Virus record (IMG/VR): IMGVR_UViG_3300020576_002722
Location: 1-64,000 of that record
Direction: 5' to 3' (one strand)
DNA from: a virus
Taxonomy: Duplodnaviria > Heunggongvirae > Uroviricota > Caudoviricetes
Length of the DNA: 64,000 nt
Below, one piece after another: positions 11,801-20,408 of the stretch (positions are counted from its first letter, which is position 1; each line of letters starts with the position of its first letter). The notes beneath the pieces were generated by a model. It ran no database searches. It was not told the DNA's origin and saw only the letters and a list, made by a program, of their open reading frames with translations. The translations under genes were made by a program, and so were the position numbers.

Positions 11801-14081
11801 GATCGCCCACGGTGCCCTGTCCGGTGATCCGGAAGGCGTGGCCGGTGCGGAGGAGGCAGTGAAGCAGATCATCGCAGAGGGTCGCAGCAAGTTCCGCGAG
11901 GTGCTGGCCGCCAAGCACGAGCGTTACGTGGCCATGAGGCAGGATGCCATCTCGGCCATCACTGGCGACAAGGGTATCAAGTCAGGGTTCGAGGAAGTGA
12001 AGCTGGAGGAGAAGAAGCGCAACTTCCTAAATCACATGCTCGACGGGATCGGATCGTACCTCGACATGAACGAGGGACTCCGTACGCTGCTCGACAAGAT
12101 CGACAAGTCAGCTAGGGGCGGAGATCCTTGGAGCGGCAAGCTGGACCAGTTCTATCGCAAGGTGGCCAACAGCCGCAACACGATGAACACCAGGGCCATC
12201 TCCACGCTCGACGAGATGCGTGCGAAGCTGGAGGACATCTACGGCGGGAAGAAGGAGGTTGCTCGCGCCGTGAACGAGAACTCAAAAGTGAAGTCTCTCG
12301 GGAACTTCACCGACCTGAATGGCAACAACGTGGAGATGCTGCTGTCACAGAACAGGGCATACTACCTGTACAACCTGATGAAGAGCCCGGAGAACGAGGC
12401 TACATTCAGGGAGATGGGATTCACGGACGAGATGAAGAACGCCGTCGTTGACTTCATGACACCGGAAGTGAAAGAGTGGGCCGACTGGCAGACCGACGTG
12501 TTCTACAAGAACATGTACAATGATGTCAATGAGGTGTACAAGGGACTCAACTACATTGATCTACCGAAGAACAAGTACTTCACGCCTATCAGGCGCGTTG
12601 GCGTTGATGACTCTGCACCTGTTGAGGTGGGAAAGTTCCAGCGCAGCGCTGCCGGTGTAGTGAACGGATCACTGAAAGAGAGGACCGGATCCACGAAGCC
12701 GTTCGATCTGACGACGGATGGAGACAGCGTACTGTACCAGTACGTCGCTGCGATGAATCACTACATCGCATTCGCTGAGACTGTGCGCGATCTTAACGCA
12801 ACGTTCGGATCATCTGATGTGCGCAAGGCTATCTCGCAGAACGCCAACTCCAAGGATAACGATATAATCTCAGGGTTCATTGACGCGCTTGCGAATGACG
12901 GAAGGAATAGGGCGCTGTCGATAGGATTCTGGCAGAAGATACGCGGACTGCACGCAACAGCAAAGCTGTCACTGAACATGGTGGTCGCACTGAAGCAGCT
13001 GTCAGCGATGCCGGCGTACATGACCGATCTGTCGCCGAAGGACTTCGCTGTCGGCCTGATGGACTTCATGCGCCACCCGATCGAGGCGTCCAATATCCTG
13101 ATGGAGAGTTCGTACATCCAGGAGCGATACAAGAGCGGGTTCGATCGCGACATGGCCATAGCTATGGCTCGCGACTACCAGAAGGCGTTCTCTGGAAAGA
13201 GCACCCTGATGGACAAGCTGATGTTCAACGTGCGCTGGGGCGACAAGGCCGCAGTGTTCTCCGGCGGATGGGCGGTGTACAAGTACCATCACGATAAGGA
13301 GATCAAGGCTGGAAAGAGTGAGGCAGAGGCCAAGCGCATAGGTCTGTCCGAAATGGACGAGGCCACCAAGATGTCGCAGCAGTCTACCGGCACCGAGGAC
13401 TTGAGCGCATTTCAGAGGGCTGGAGAGGCATTCAAGTGGTTCACGATGTACAAGACGAACCCTATGGCTTTCTTCCGCCAAGAGCGCAAGGGCGTCAGGG
13501 ATATGGTTCGCGGTCTCAAGTCCGGTGACAAGACGCTGGCCGGAGATGGGTTCCGAAGGTTTATCGTGTACCACTTCGTACTCCCGGCCGTATTCCAGTT
13601 CGTGGTCAATGCACTTCCAGGCGTACTTACGTCTTCGGACGATGACGACGACAAGGATATGCTCAGGGCCCTAGCTCTTGGATCCATGAATGGATTGTTC
13701 ATAATGGGAGACTTCATGGAATGGATAGGCGATCGACTAACTGGTAAGCCGTGGGCTACCCACAAGGGGTCGCAGGCGGTGGAGGTTCCTATCTTCAAGT
13801 CCATGTCAGACATGATAGCGTCCATAGGCGATGTCATTGAGAGTTGGAAGAATGACGACGATGAATTGACCAAGAACATCATGGAGACGCTTCTTGAGGC
13901 TGGCGATGCGTCAGGCATACCAGCCAAGAGGGCGGCCAAGATGATGGAGAATGGAAGGTTCACGATGGAGTACTGGGACCAGTTGACGCCTGGCGAGCGT
14001 GCGGCCCTGATTTCGGGGTACGATCCACGGGAGATGGGCGACGGATACGGAGGACACCTGCAAAACCCTGAGAATCAGTAA
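5820..14081 (+). CDS. giant (2,753 aa) virion-associated multidomain protein with a zincin HExxH motif, coiled coil and C-terminal TM segments (ejection / polyvalent-type protein)
   Basis: Uninterrupted 8.26-kb ORF. HEGVH lies at nt 8733-8747 (aa 972-976, context LAAHEGVHALF). There is an N-terminal tandem peptide repeat F(A/D)DLVKAATS, a long Ala/Gln/Arg coiled coil near nt 11150-11400, and hydrophobic segments (FIVYHFVLPAVFQFVVNALPGVL, LALGSMNGLFIMG) near the C-terminus. The gene sits between tail genes and the fibre gene. Confidence 0.85.
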   Translation: MSTQTPPTFADLVKAATSSDAPQVPPAGNPASSGSFDDLVKAATSPKESTQSPEKAPVVGAEAGLTGSGTRSDLPAQRPPGMPELVRPDMPQASTPEQDAALDNIGGPPQEGQQIGGVSLIQQPKRGMRMTLPTYTIGQDLKVREVRKPSMAEDSFVRTQQRESERAKEAMAKEQAASEWRRQLDPTKEDDPQVRDRIMGEKQALDEQLSLANQYDPVAPDQRGVFAGYFEQPQPHDMGGYVFDQRDDKILKDYVQHLQMHGDGQYKTSTTLGALQAGRESAIDRFADYYKDALQTQTDALNGRVTRLYQMRERGADPQMLQQEAADIEAGYEFVQARMDDWVKNAPKSEVRKAIEQRQKETNEEYDRIKDDWFTPLYATKKGLHAAQLGWNEMLFGSAAGIARAFGDKENYDWSDDVSDYVDRATKMNESALPTEWQQPFSRTVKSPISGKETTKYNILPSLIRGGGGMAALMATGNLAAAGGRALGMALGRGVVGAAGGGANVALSEATMTGVGRASALAGELPGYGQNAGFTAGMFFPEYESYVRQAMDGGVPEKLASDAGLFYALGSAYIERLNPQLYVGGKKAFRTAFTQAIRDGKGPKAALGDGLRQIGIQGGKEGTEELMQGELMRKTNLAVNMLTGADLESATTLREKMNEFGTGAILGSIAALPSNGVARQKRTLAEKESLAFAAEYPEFAAEVIRRDVPEAQQKEFLDKLEKLNKLYVGNGLTDLPVDNADRVAQALAKKKDLQEQIKKAPIADALRSAKGDPREVEVNKLNVDVLREMNVPEDDIALVLASEGVINLPDGAKVTKGADGKLTLDIKEPKEGEPAVSKEDVLSGLVKQVHGIAGERTTAAAKEAKKAPDKDPDEEVEIAPVGDATDLDAALASVTPGMNKALDSEVEAAAKSLSGVGVKVVVHDDIKSFASAFEQAGGSKSVDHLNHEGFYDRGGRTIHINRTNNRSGLAAHEGVHALFMGALSDVANGRQIIAEAARQVMNESPETRSSIARFLESYGGAIRKEDGSIDIEATVADPKLAHEIYAEFVSSVANGTIKLNGGLRTWLKDMYNKIMATLGVSMKFDPKSDDDYIKLAADLASAMKTGRVIRAAENVAENTAPALSVRRASDLAQQLNIASTGAEKEFFGKTWPGLLRQVGNVFKPTKAGFEAAADLAVKDVEEFTRENPKYQDFYNKDWALAVAMLNDAFPITKEQPDLVLAFRAMSGLTSPQTSLGQNMVEAVSAFDHWLNNGSFDAVKVVPTEKGNFSLKKSPFSLGGKTATNKARSLKGLGKLIDENGVGKAIEILKEPVSAKELNEFNGSLGYKSAVGGMKAVKNVVLSATGQSDKVPRMFVFGPKLGAYTLNSLGDGRFTTIDIWESRFIRSYFPRMFASAGGKILNNSTDSDIFTEFIEQFAKAFRERNGFDLDPSAYQAMRWYTMIDAAQKAGYTKALTDGTVSDYTAEALGRVKGHVVPGYAGRGGFDSYQSNDPEAENYVPFSIRRGSPGGDTGGRAEPGKNLIPKDIRKNLTSDGDGSYLFYHYGEDLNGGRINPKYAGTGADKGTRNEGRNNNVSMYYTKPDERESMVSGDVHVVKVPEYKVYPFNTDPLGLYDKAERMFRKDYGDYIDFSPVKQADYMGPLAAKAGFDMMVAQWSKFPLRGETTKALKWDREATDKARDPALSTGSQKFNDIARALIAAGHNTKAKAKAYLKSKGQDGIIDAVIEEMGRILEAQREIRKRNAADNKLSGETTTPLQKQIIDDSGPGQNRSMITVDERMLLKDRIKREAQLAAQSARKAATAARNAADLAQTHTDQGYRQGLAEGQLAGEISGKAQGRKEGAREGAAEAARQRDLFVKSVRAHLSELGTKFTEAKTKAIMTRAVSVNPTNRNQVERFLAYLDAKIDEANEAALGSAVDRIIELTNPSRYKQTNESGILKGKIDDRVRKLLGVIHSAVKGMTLEEVSDKIDAIDAALFSPDADVALLEDQLEAYRIAHGALSGDPEGVAGAEEAVKQIIAEGRSKFREVLAAKHERYVAMRQDAISAITGDKGIKSGFEEVKLEEKKRNFLNHMLDGIGSYLDMNEGLRTLLDKIDKSARGGDPWSGKLDQFYRKVANSRNTMNTRAISTLDEMRAKLEDIYGGKKEVARAVNENSKVKSLGNFTDLNGNNVEMLLSQNRAYYLYNLMKSPENEATFREMGFTDEMKNAVVDFMTPEVKEWADWQTDVFYKNMYNDVNEVYKGLNYIDLPKNKYFTPIRRVGVDDSAPVEVGKFQRSAAGVVNGSLKERTGSTKPFDLTTDGDSVLYQYVAAMNHYIAFAETVRDLNATFGSSDVRKAISQNANSKDNDIISGFIDALANDGRNRALSIGFWQKIRGLHATAKLSLNMVVALKQLSAMPAYMTDLSPKDFAVGLMDFMRHPIEASNILMESSYIQERYKSGFDRDMAIAMARDYQKAFSGKSTLMDKLMFNVRWGDKAAVFSGGWAVYKYHHDKEIKAGKSEAEAKRIGLSEMDEATKMSQQSTGTEDLSAFQRAGEAFKWFTMYKTNPMAFFRQERKGVRDMVRGLKSGDKTLAGDGFRRFIVYHFVLPAVFQFVVNALPGVLTSSDDDDDKDMLRALALGSMNGLFIMGDFMEWIGDRLTGKPWATHKGSQAVEVPIFKSMSDMIASIGDVIESWKNDDDELTKNIMETLLEAGDASGIPAKRAAKMMENGRFTMEYWDQLTPGERAALISGYDPREMGDGYGGHLQNPENQ

Positions 14082-14088
14082 CTTCGCA
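14079..14088 (+). promoter_or_regulatory. -7-box-like promoter motif TAACTTCGCA (class II), 5 nt before the ATG
   Basis: One of four near-identical TA(A/C)CTTCGCA decamers (14079, 20102, 25539, 58585), each just upstream of a + strand start codon. It is a variant of the Bacteroidota TAnnTTTG -7 box. Confidence 0.45.
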
Positions 14089-14093
14089 CCCAC

Positions 14094-17000
14094 ATGTTCG
14101 CCCTCAACGTATCCCTCTGCGGATCCTGTAACCAGCTATCGTTCGAGGATTCGACCGGGCTCTTCTCCATTGACAACTCTGGAGGCTACAACTCCGGGGA
14201 CGCCGACACCCCGCAGTCGCCCAGCGACTTCGACACGTATGTGCTGACCATCTGGAAGCCTGGTGCCGACCTGGATGGGCCACCGACATACACTCTGGAC
14301 CTACTGGCCAACGTGCCGAACCCGGACTCTGACTACCACTTCACCTGGACCATTACGGCGTCTGCCCTGGGGATCGATCCGATCGTGTCCGGCATCTGGA
14401 ACGCCCACGTTGAGGCGGCCTACGATCAGGTGACCTATACGGCCGACTACGCCGGCTTGATCGACAGCGATATCCTGGACAAGCTGGACGTGGAGATCAT
14501 GCGTGCCGGTCCCGTTCGTGGCCACCTGACCAAGTGCCAGATCAAGCTCATGAACCTCAAGTCCCTCCTGTGCGCAGCGCACTCCGCTGCTGGCTGCAAC
14601 AAAGCCGACATCGCTCAGGAGATCATCAATTACCTGTATCAAAACTTCCGTCGCTGCTGCGGCTGGCCGAGGGCCGGTAACAACTGTGCATCTGCGCCGT
14701 GTGGATGCGGTAGTCGCGCGCTCCCCGCTGGCCGTCCCCGTCGCAACGGATCGGTGTGGTATTCTGGTATCGGAGCACCGTCTGCTTCCCTCGGCTCTAC
14801 CAGCGACTGGTACGTCGACACCGAGCACAACGCCGACACGCCCGTTGGGTTCGACACCTTCTACCAGAAGGTGGCCGGCGTGTGGACGCTCAAGTTCGTC
14901 ATCGAAGACGGTGCCCCAGGTAATGATGGACCTGCCGGGGCTGATGGCGCTCCTGGGTTCACTACTCTCCTGGCCAGCTCACTAAATCCGGCTATCGGGT
15001 TTACGCAGCCAGCAGCTGATGGATTCAGCTATACACTCGCCAACGTAGCTGACAATAGCTGGATCGCCATCGGTGCCCCGCTATTCATTGGTAACGGCGG
15101 CCAGTACATCGTGGTCGGGAAGGCCGGTGCCAACCAGATCTCGATCGTCAACCTCCAGAACACCGCCATCATCGGATCGTATCCAGGAAACGTTCCTCCC
15201 GGAAGTACGGTCCCTATCGGAGCTATCGTGGCCGCAAGTGGATTCCAGGGCCCAGCTGGTCCAGGATCTTCCTTCAGCGGAGCCTACTCCGATCTGACCG
15301 GAATCCCGTCCAGCTTCAACCCGTCCGCTCACGCTCCAACGCACACCGCAGGAGGCAGCGATCAGATCACCGTTGTCGAGTCGATGATGTCCCTGTCGGA
15401 CAACACGCTCAACAACGCAAGCACGACCAAGCATGGCTTCCTTCCGAAGCTGTCCGGCAATGCAGCGCAGGCGCTTCTCGGTAACGGAACCTGGGGCGCG
15501 AGCGCAGGGTATACGGACGAGCAGGCGCAGGACGCTGTCGGAAACAACATGTTGGACACCAGCACGGTGGATGCTGTGTATACCGACGGTGCTCCATCGA
15601 ACCAGTTCAGCTGGAACGTGAAGCCTGCCGGGATCGCGCTCGACACCCTGGGCAGTCCGACCGACAACACGAACCTGAACGCGACCACCACGTACCACGG
15701 CCTCCTGCCCAAGCTGAATGGATCCACCGGTCAGTATCTGCGCGGCGACGGTACATGGGGTACCCCGGCCGGCAGCGGGTCGGTGACCAACTACCCGGAC
15801 CTGGCTGACGTGGAGGCGATCGCCACTGCGTACAATGAGACGATCCAGGTGAACGGAGATGGCACCGGACTGGTGAACCGCTTGGTCAGCAACCCGACGA
15901 TCGATCTCGGTGCGATGTTCAACATCCGCCCGAAGACGTACGCCAACATGAACAACATCGATCAGTGTGGCCCGGACCTGGGCATGGTGATCGCCGACTT
16001 CATCGACCTGTTCCCGAACTACTACGACGTGCTCAGTGTTGAGCTTGGGTGGTCCGATGCGGACATCCTCAGGCTGACCTACTTCACGGCCGCCTTCAAT
16101 GAGATCGGATTCCTCGCATGGAACGGCGGATCCGGCTACGCGTACACGCGCTACAAGATCGCCCTCCCCGCTGGCAAGCTCTGGTACAACTCCGAGCTTC
16201 GCATGGGGCAGAACATCGTAGAGGGACAGGGTTCCTTCTACTACGGCGGATACGGCAACACGGAGGTGGCCTGCACGCACACCGACTGGAAGAGCCTGTA
16301 CGGATCACAGAACGACGGCACATACCTCGGATTCTGCCCGTGGACCTACGCCGGTGAAGAGGGCGCATCGATCGATCCGGTGGCCACACTCGGTGGATCC
16401 AGCTGGTGCCACAGCACCATGATCAAGGATCTCTGCATGTCTGGCACATGCACCGACTTCAACGACTACCGCTATCGCGAGGCCGGGTTCAACTATTGGG
16501 GTCCTGGTGAGAACTCCGGTGCGGAGAACTGCCTGTTCGTACACTTCAATGACTCGGGCATCGTAGTCAGGGCCCAGTGCGCCTATGCGTACGCCAACCA
16601 CTGCTCCTTCTTCTCGAACGGGGTCAGCGGCTACGGCATCGGTGGTATCTCTCGCGCTACGTTGAGTCTTAGCGCTTCGGGTGACCTGAACCCGTTCATG
16701 TACTACACCTATCGTTGCGGAGAGACGAACACGGCACCCAACGCAAGGGCTGCCGTCACTGCGACGACAGCGAACTTCATTCAGCCGGCCGTATCCGGAA
16801 CGGTGGCAGTTGCCGTAGCGGATACTGGAACCCTGCGTATCGGGCAGCCGTTCTATGTGACCGGTGGAGGATACTATGAGATCACCAACATCGTTGGACT
16901 CACGCTGACGCTGGAGAACACTGGTGACTACCAGAACGCAGCTCCTGGTGCATCGATCCTGTCCGGAGCAGTGTGCAACTTCCCATACTGGCCCAACACG

Positions 17001-17573
17001 TTGTCCGGAAACCCTGGTGGGAACATCACGGTCCCATACCTGAAGCTGGAGTCGTTCGCCTGCGGCACCCTGATCGGAACGTACAGCCCATGCCCGAATG
17101 GCGCAGAGGGCAAGGGTCAGATGCTGGCCCGCCTGACCGGTCGATTCCACTTCGCTGTACTTGGCGGAACAGCCACGTCGGAGGGCGGAAAGTGCGACAG
17201 CCTGATCCGCGTGGAGAACGATGGCGATACCGGCGGAACGATCCCACTGTCGAACTCGTCCGTGTACGTGGCCAACCTCGGCTCCATCAGCTGGGCCCAC
17301 TGGCTGCACGACGTGAAGAACGACACCAAGTACGTGGCCAACGTGGTCGACGACGACACCCACGGAAGCGGGATCATGTGGACCTATGGGTATCCGTCAG
17401 CTCCTGCTGACGCGTTCGACCCACTGAAGGTTGGCGTTACGCTATCGACCATCACCGCCACCTACAAGGGCATCCAGCCGTTCATCAACGACGCCGATCC
17501 TATCGTGTGGAACCAGTCTACTGGTCCATCTGCCGGAGATGGATGGGACGCTGTAACCGGAATCCTGAACTGA
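14094..17573 (+). CDS. tail fibre protein
   Basis: 1,159 aa. It has a short collagen-like stretch GAPGNDGPAGADGAPG and the repeated fibre motifs TTKHGFLPKLSGNAAQALLGNGTWG / TTYHGLLPKLNGSTGQYLRGDGTWG. The C-terminal half is Gly/Asn/Thr-rich and beta-rich. Confidence 0.8.
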   Translation: MFALNVSLCGSCNQLSFEDSTGLFSIDNSGGYNSGDADTPQSPSDFDTYVLTIWKPGADLDGPPTYTLDLLANVPNPDSDYHFTWTITASALGIDPIVSGIWNAHVEAAYDQVTYTADYAGLIDSDILDKLDVEIMRAGPVRGHLTKCQIKLMNLKSLLCAAHSAAGCNKADIAQEIINYLYQNFRRCCGWPRAGNNCASAPCGCGSRALPAGRPRRNGSVWYSGIGAPSASLGSTSDWYVDTEHNADTPVGFDTFYQKVAGVWTLKFVIEDGAPGNDGPAGADGAPGFTTLLASSLNPAIGFTQPAADGFSYTLANVADNSWIAIGAPLFIGNGGQYIVVGKAGANQISIVNLQNTAIIGSYPGNVPPGSTVPIGAIVAASGFQGPAGPGSSFSGAYSDLTGIPSSFNPSAHAPTHTAGGSDQITVVESMMSLSDNTLNNASTTKHGFLPKLSGNAAQALLGNGTWGASAGYTDEQAQDAVGNNMLDTSTVDAVYTDGAPSNQFSWNVKPAGIALDTLGSPTDNTNLNATTTYHGLLPKLNGSTGQYLRGDGTWGTPAGSGSVTNYPDLADVEAIATAYNETIQVNGDGTGLVNRLVSNPTIDLGAMFNIRPKTYANMNNIDQCGPDLGMVIADFIDLFPNYYDVLSVELGWSDADILRLTYFTAAFNEIGFLAWNGGSGYAYTRYKIALPAGKLWYNSELRMGQNIVEGQGSFYYGGYGNTEVACTHTDWKSLYGSQNDGTYLGFCPWTYAGEEGASIDPVATLGGSSWCHSTMIKDLCMSGTCTDFNDYRYREAGFNYWGPGENSGAENCLFVHFNDSGIVVRAQCAYAYANHCSFFSNGVSGYGIGGISRATLSLSASGDLNPFMYYTYRCGETNTAPNARAAVTATTANFIQPAVSGTVAVAVADTGTLRIGQPFYVTGGGYYEITNIVGLTLTLENTGDYQNAAPGASILSGAVCNFPYWPNTLSGNPGGNITVPYLKLESFACGTLIGTYSPCPNGAEGKGQMLARLTGRFHFAVLGGTATSEGGKCDSLIRVENDGDTGGTIPLSNSSVYVANLGSISWAHWLHDVKNDTKYVANVVDDDTHGSGIMWTYGYPSAPADAFDPLKVGVTLSTITATYKGIQPFINDADPIVWNQSTGPSAGDGWDAVTGILN

Positions 17574-17575
17574 CC

Positions 17576-17794
17576 ATGAGCATCAACAACAAGATCCCAG
17601 GAAAGCAAGACTTCATCCGTGCCGGCATCAGCTGGGACCGGGTGGAGCTTGCACGTAAGGCGGTAGCCGAGTCCGAGGCGAAGCTCGCCGAAGTGAGGGC
17701 CGACGACAAGCTGTCCAAGGAAGAGAAGACGGCCAAGATCAAGGCCATCAAAGACGCCCACACCGAGTACATCCTTTCGATCCGGAACAAGTGA
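17576..17794 (+). CDS. small coiled-coil protein (72 aa)
   Basis: ATG (MSINNKIPGK...) lies 2 nt after the fibre stop. The rest of the track ORF upstream overlaps the fibre gene. Confidence 0.55.
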   Translation: MSINNKIPGKQDFIRAGISWDRVELARKAVAESEAKLAEVRADDKLSKEEKTAKIKAIKDAHTEYILSIRNK

Positions 17795-19095
17795 GCATCG
17801 TTATCCCCGACAACGCGATCCTTTCCCGCAGGATCAACTACTCCTGCTGTGTAGCCGACCTGGCGCACCAGTTCATCGTGGCCGACCGCTACGGTGAGGC
17901 GTGCGCAGAGGAGCTTCTTTACAAGATGGAGTGGATGCAGAACGCGCTCGGGGTAATGAACCGCACGCCAACGTCCACGGAGGAAGGGTGCGTGACGCAC
18001 GCATACGCGTGCAAGATCATGCAGTGGGCCGACCCAATGTGCGGACACTGCGAATGCTGCCCTCCGTTCTACCAGCAGGACCCGTGCGCCACACTGCCGT
18101 TCATGCAGGTAGCCTCGGCCGAGGACGCCGGACAGCAGAACGCGCTGGTCGGCAACACCGGTATGCAGTACCTGATCGTGAGCAACAGCCCTCCCGCCGG
18201 AAACGAATGGGCCTCTCATGTTGGCGACATCGCAACGACCAACGGTACCACCTGGTCCTATGTGACGCCTCCGGCCGGATCATTGATCCTGTCGATCAAC
18301 GGTTCAAGCTACTGGATCACCTACTCCGGCGGTGCAGGTACCCAGTACCCTGTCGTTGATGGACAGCTCGCCGGTGCATCCATCTTCCTGTCGTCCGTAT
18401 TCCCGCAAGTGAACGCTATCGCTGCCAGGAACGTAGTCGTACAGGTCAGCAATAACAGCACTGACTGGGTCACCGTATTCGTAGGATCCGAGTCTGCCCT
18501 ATCTACGATCCTGATCGTGGACGCCATCGTACTGGATGCCACGTACATCAGGTCGTACTACTACGTCAACGAGTGCCAGTATGGCCCATCGAACGGAACC
18601 GTTCAGCCTGACGCGTGCGCCGTTGCCCGCACCATCGCCTACGGGGCCGACGCGTCCGAACAGGGAACACTGCCGAACACGCTGGGCATCGAATACCTGA
18701 TCATCTCGGATGAGACAGGTGCCGGAAACGCCTGGGCTTCACAGGTGGGTGACATCGCTACCGGTGACGGCGTCGGCGGGTGGACATACACTACGCCGGC
18801 CGATCTGTCCACCAGCCGTACTACCACGGACTTCTTCGGAGGATCGAACGTCATCTGGATCACATCTGGTGGCGGAACCATCACCCCGTACTTCCCGCCA
18901 TTGTTGGCCAATGTTCTCTGGAACACGGCCACGATCACGACGGACTGGACCCCGAGCGGACACGACATCATCACTCGTCCGGTAACGATCGAGCAGAGCA
19001 ATGACGGCGGAACAACGTGGACGACCGCGTTGGACCAGAGTCGGACCTTGGGGACTCGCTCGACATCACGATCATCCCAGGCGTGGATCCGCTGA
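17791..19095 (+). CDS. hypothetical tail/baseplate-associated protein (434 aa)
   Basis: The GTG start overlaps the upstream stop (GTGA). It contains an internal duplicated segment (...GNEWASHVGDIATTNGTTWSY... / ...GNAWASQVGDIATGDGVGGWTY...). Confidence 0.6.
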   Translation: MSIVIPDNAILSRRINYSCCVADLAHQFIVADRYGEACAEELLYKMEWMQNALGVMNRTPTSTEEGCVTHAYACKIMQWADPMCGHCECCPPFYQQDPCATLPFMQVASAEDAGQQNALVGNTGMQYLIVSNSPPAGNEWASHVGDIATTNGTTWSYVTPPAGSLILSINGSSYWITYSGGAGTQYPVVDGQLAGASIFLSSVFPQVNAIAARNVVVQVSNNSTDWVTVFVGSESALSTILIVDAIVLDATYIRSYYYVNECQYGPSNGTVQPDACAVARTIAYGADASEQGTLPNTLGIEYLIISDETGAGNAWASQVGDIATGDGVGGWTYTTPADLSTSRTTTDFFGGSNVIWITSGGGTITPYFPPLLANVLWNTATITTDWTPSGHDIITRPVTIEQSNDGGTTWTTALDQSRTLGTRSTSRSSQAWIR

Positions 19096-20075
19096 TGCGT
19101 GTATTGTACGGTGGCCTCTGCCCAGGACAGTCCACTGTGATGGTGTCCGTGGTACCGGCAAGGTCGCTCAGGATATCGTCAGGTGCCCAGATGTCGTACG
19201 GTTCCCCTACCGTCGGGTTGATAGTCCCGGTGCGTCAGCAGACATTCACGTTCGGAACGTACATGAAGGCAGCTGGCGCTCTTGATGTGAACGCGTTCTA
19301 CTTCGACTACACCGTGAGCCGAAGCAATGGATACGTATCCGTTCGTGCCGCCCCCGGCCCCCCGGCATCCCCTCCGGCGCTTCCCGAAAACTATCAGCCG
19401 ATCATCATTTCACTGATCAAGGATAGTACCGATCCTCGCTGGCTTGGTAACCACAACATCATACTGAGCTGTTCTTGCCGTAGCAATGTGCAGCCACTTG
19501 ACTACGACGTATACAGCAGGGCGTACGAGATACCTGGATTGCGTGCGCTTTTGGAGGATGGAAACTGGCACAGCATTGATATCGTCAGGTCCACGGTCAC
19601 TGTGAACAGCTTCGACTTCGCCGACTGGAAGGTTTACGTTGACGGGTCTCCAGTCGTGTTGAACGAGATCTACACGGTAGGGTCTGTCGACCTTCTGGTA
19701 GGATATACTAATGTTGCCGGAAACTTCGCCCCTAAACTCACGGCAGATGGACTCACCGGTGGACGCGATCTCCTATGGAAGAACACCTATTGGTGTACCG
19801 GTGCCTTGACACAGTCGCAGATCACCAACGTGGCCAGGACCGGATCTTGGAGCGGAGCGATAGTTGGCCTTCAGGCCATGTTCGGGTACGATCTTCCGGC
19901 AACATGCAGCTGGCCGCCCACGCTGCCGTACATGGGAGAGCGGTACAACCCGGCCATACCGAACGATCCGGCCGGAGGCGGCCTGATTCCAGGAGGAATG
20001 ACCCTGGTTCGATCTGGCCCGACCGGTAACGGGGAGTTCGTGAACGATGTTCCGTCAACCCTCCTGTTCCCGTAG
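19095..20075 (+). CDS. hypothetical structural protein, possibly a LamG/jelly-roll-like domain
   Basis: ATG (MRVLYGG...) overlaps the upstream stop (TGATG). The 5' extension in the track overlaps the previous gene. The domain guess is weak. Confidence 0.5.
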   Translation: MRVLYGGLCPGQSTVMVSVVPARSLRISSGAQMSYGSPTVGLIVPVRQQTFTFGTYMKAAGALDVNAFYFDYTVSRSNGYVSVRAAPGPPASPPALPENYQPIIISLIKDSTDPRWLGNHNIILSCSCRSNVQPLDYDVYSRAYEIPGLRALLEDGNWHSIDIVRSTVTVNSFDFADWKVYVDGSPVVLNEIYTVGSVDLLVGYTNVAGNFAPKLTADGLTGGRDLLWKNTYWCTGALTQSQITNVARTGSWSGAIVGLQAMFGYDLPATCSWPPTLPYMGERYNPAIPNDPAGGGLIPGGMTLVRSGPTGNGEFVNDVPSTLLFP

Positions 20076-20101
20076 AACATGTACAACCGGATGACAATCA
20101 G

Positions 20102-20111
20102 TACCTTCGCA
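20102..20111 (+). promoter_or_regulatory. -7-box-like promoter motif TACCTTCGCA (class II), 2 nt before the ATG
   Basis: The context AATCAGTACCTTCGCA matches AATCAGTAACTTCGCA at 14073-14088. Confidence 0.45.
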
Positions 20112-20113
20112 TA

Positions 20114-20407
20114 ATGGAAGTCACCGTAAGCACAGGCTACCTGACCGTCGATCAGAACCCAGGGGTGACAGCTCCTGTCGTGCTGAACGGGGGCACCATC
20201 ATAAGGTTCACTCCGGTCAACAGCAAGAAGTTCGGGGTCAGCCTTTCCGGGTACACATCAGTTGACGACTGGGAGATCGTGATATCCCCCAACGATCTGG
20301 CCATCGACAAGATCCGCCTCGGGGACGTGACGAACCAGGCTGGATGGACCAATGACCTTGCCGGCGCACAGCAGGCTGCCGCAGACCTTTCAGTAGCACT
20401 TCAATGA
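20114..20407 (+). CDS. small tail-associated protein, paralogous to the N-terminus of the next gene
   Basis: The 97-aa product aligns by eye with aa 1-110 of ORF 20409..21521 (MEVTVSTG.../MEVVVTTG..., ...GWTNDLAGAQQAAADLSVALQ / ...DWTNDLAGTIQAATDLSVAFQ). Confidence 0.6.
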   Translation: MEVTVSTGYLTVDQNPGVTAPVVLNGGTIIRFTPVNSKKFGVSLSGYTSVDDWEIVISPNDLAIDKIRLGDVTNQAGWTNDLAGAQQAAADLSVALQ

Positions 20408-20408
20408 C

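Noticed and set aside
5820-14081. Giant protein as an N4-like or crAss-like virion RNA polymerase, which would fit hairpin-type promoters
   Set aside because: I could not find a convincing DxDGD two-barrel motif or T7-like motifs A, B and C by eye; SDGDGS at about aa 1550 does not fit. The idea stays open for HMM or structure searches, but the sequence as read does not support it.
14908-14958. Collagen-like Gly-X-Y repeat in the tail fibre as a separate feature
   Set aside because: It has only about five triplets (GAPGNDGPAGADGAPG). It is noted as evidence for a fibre protein, not as a repeat region in its own right.
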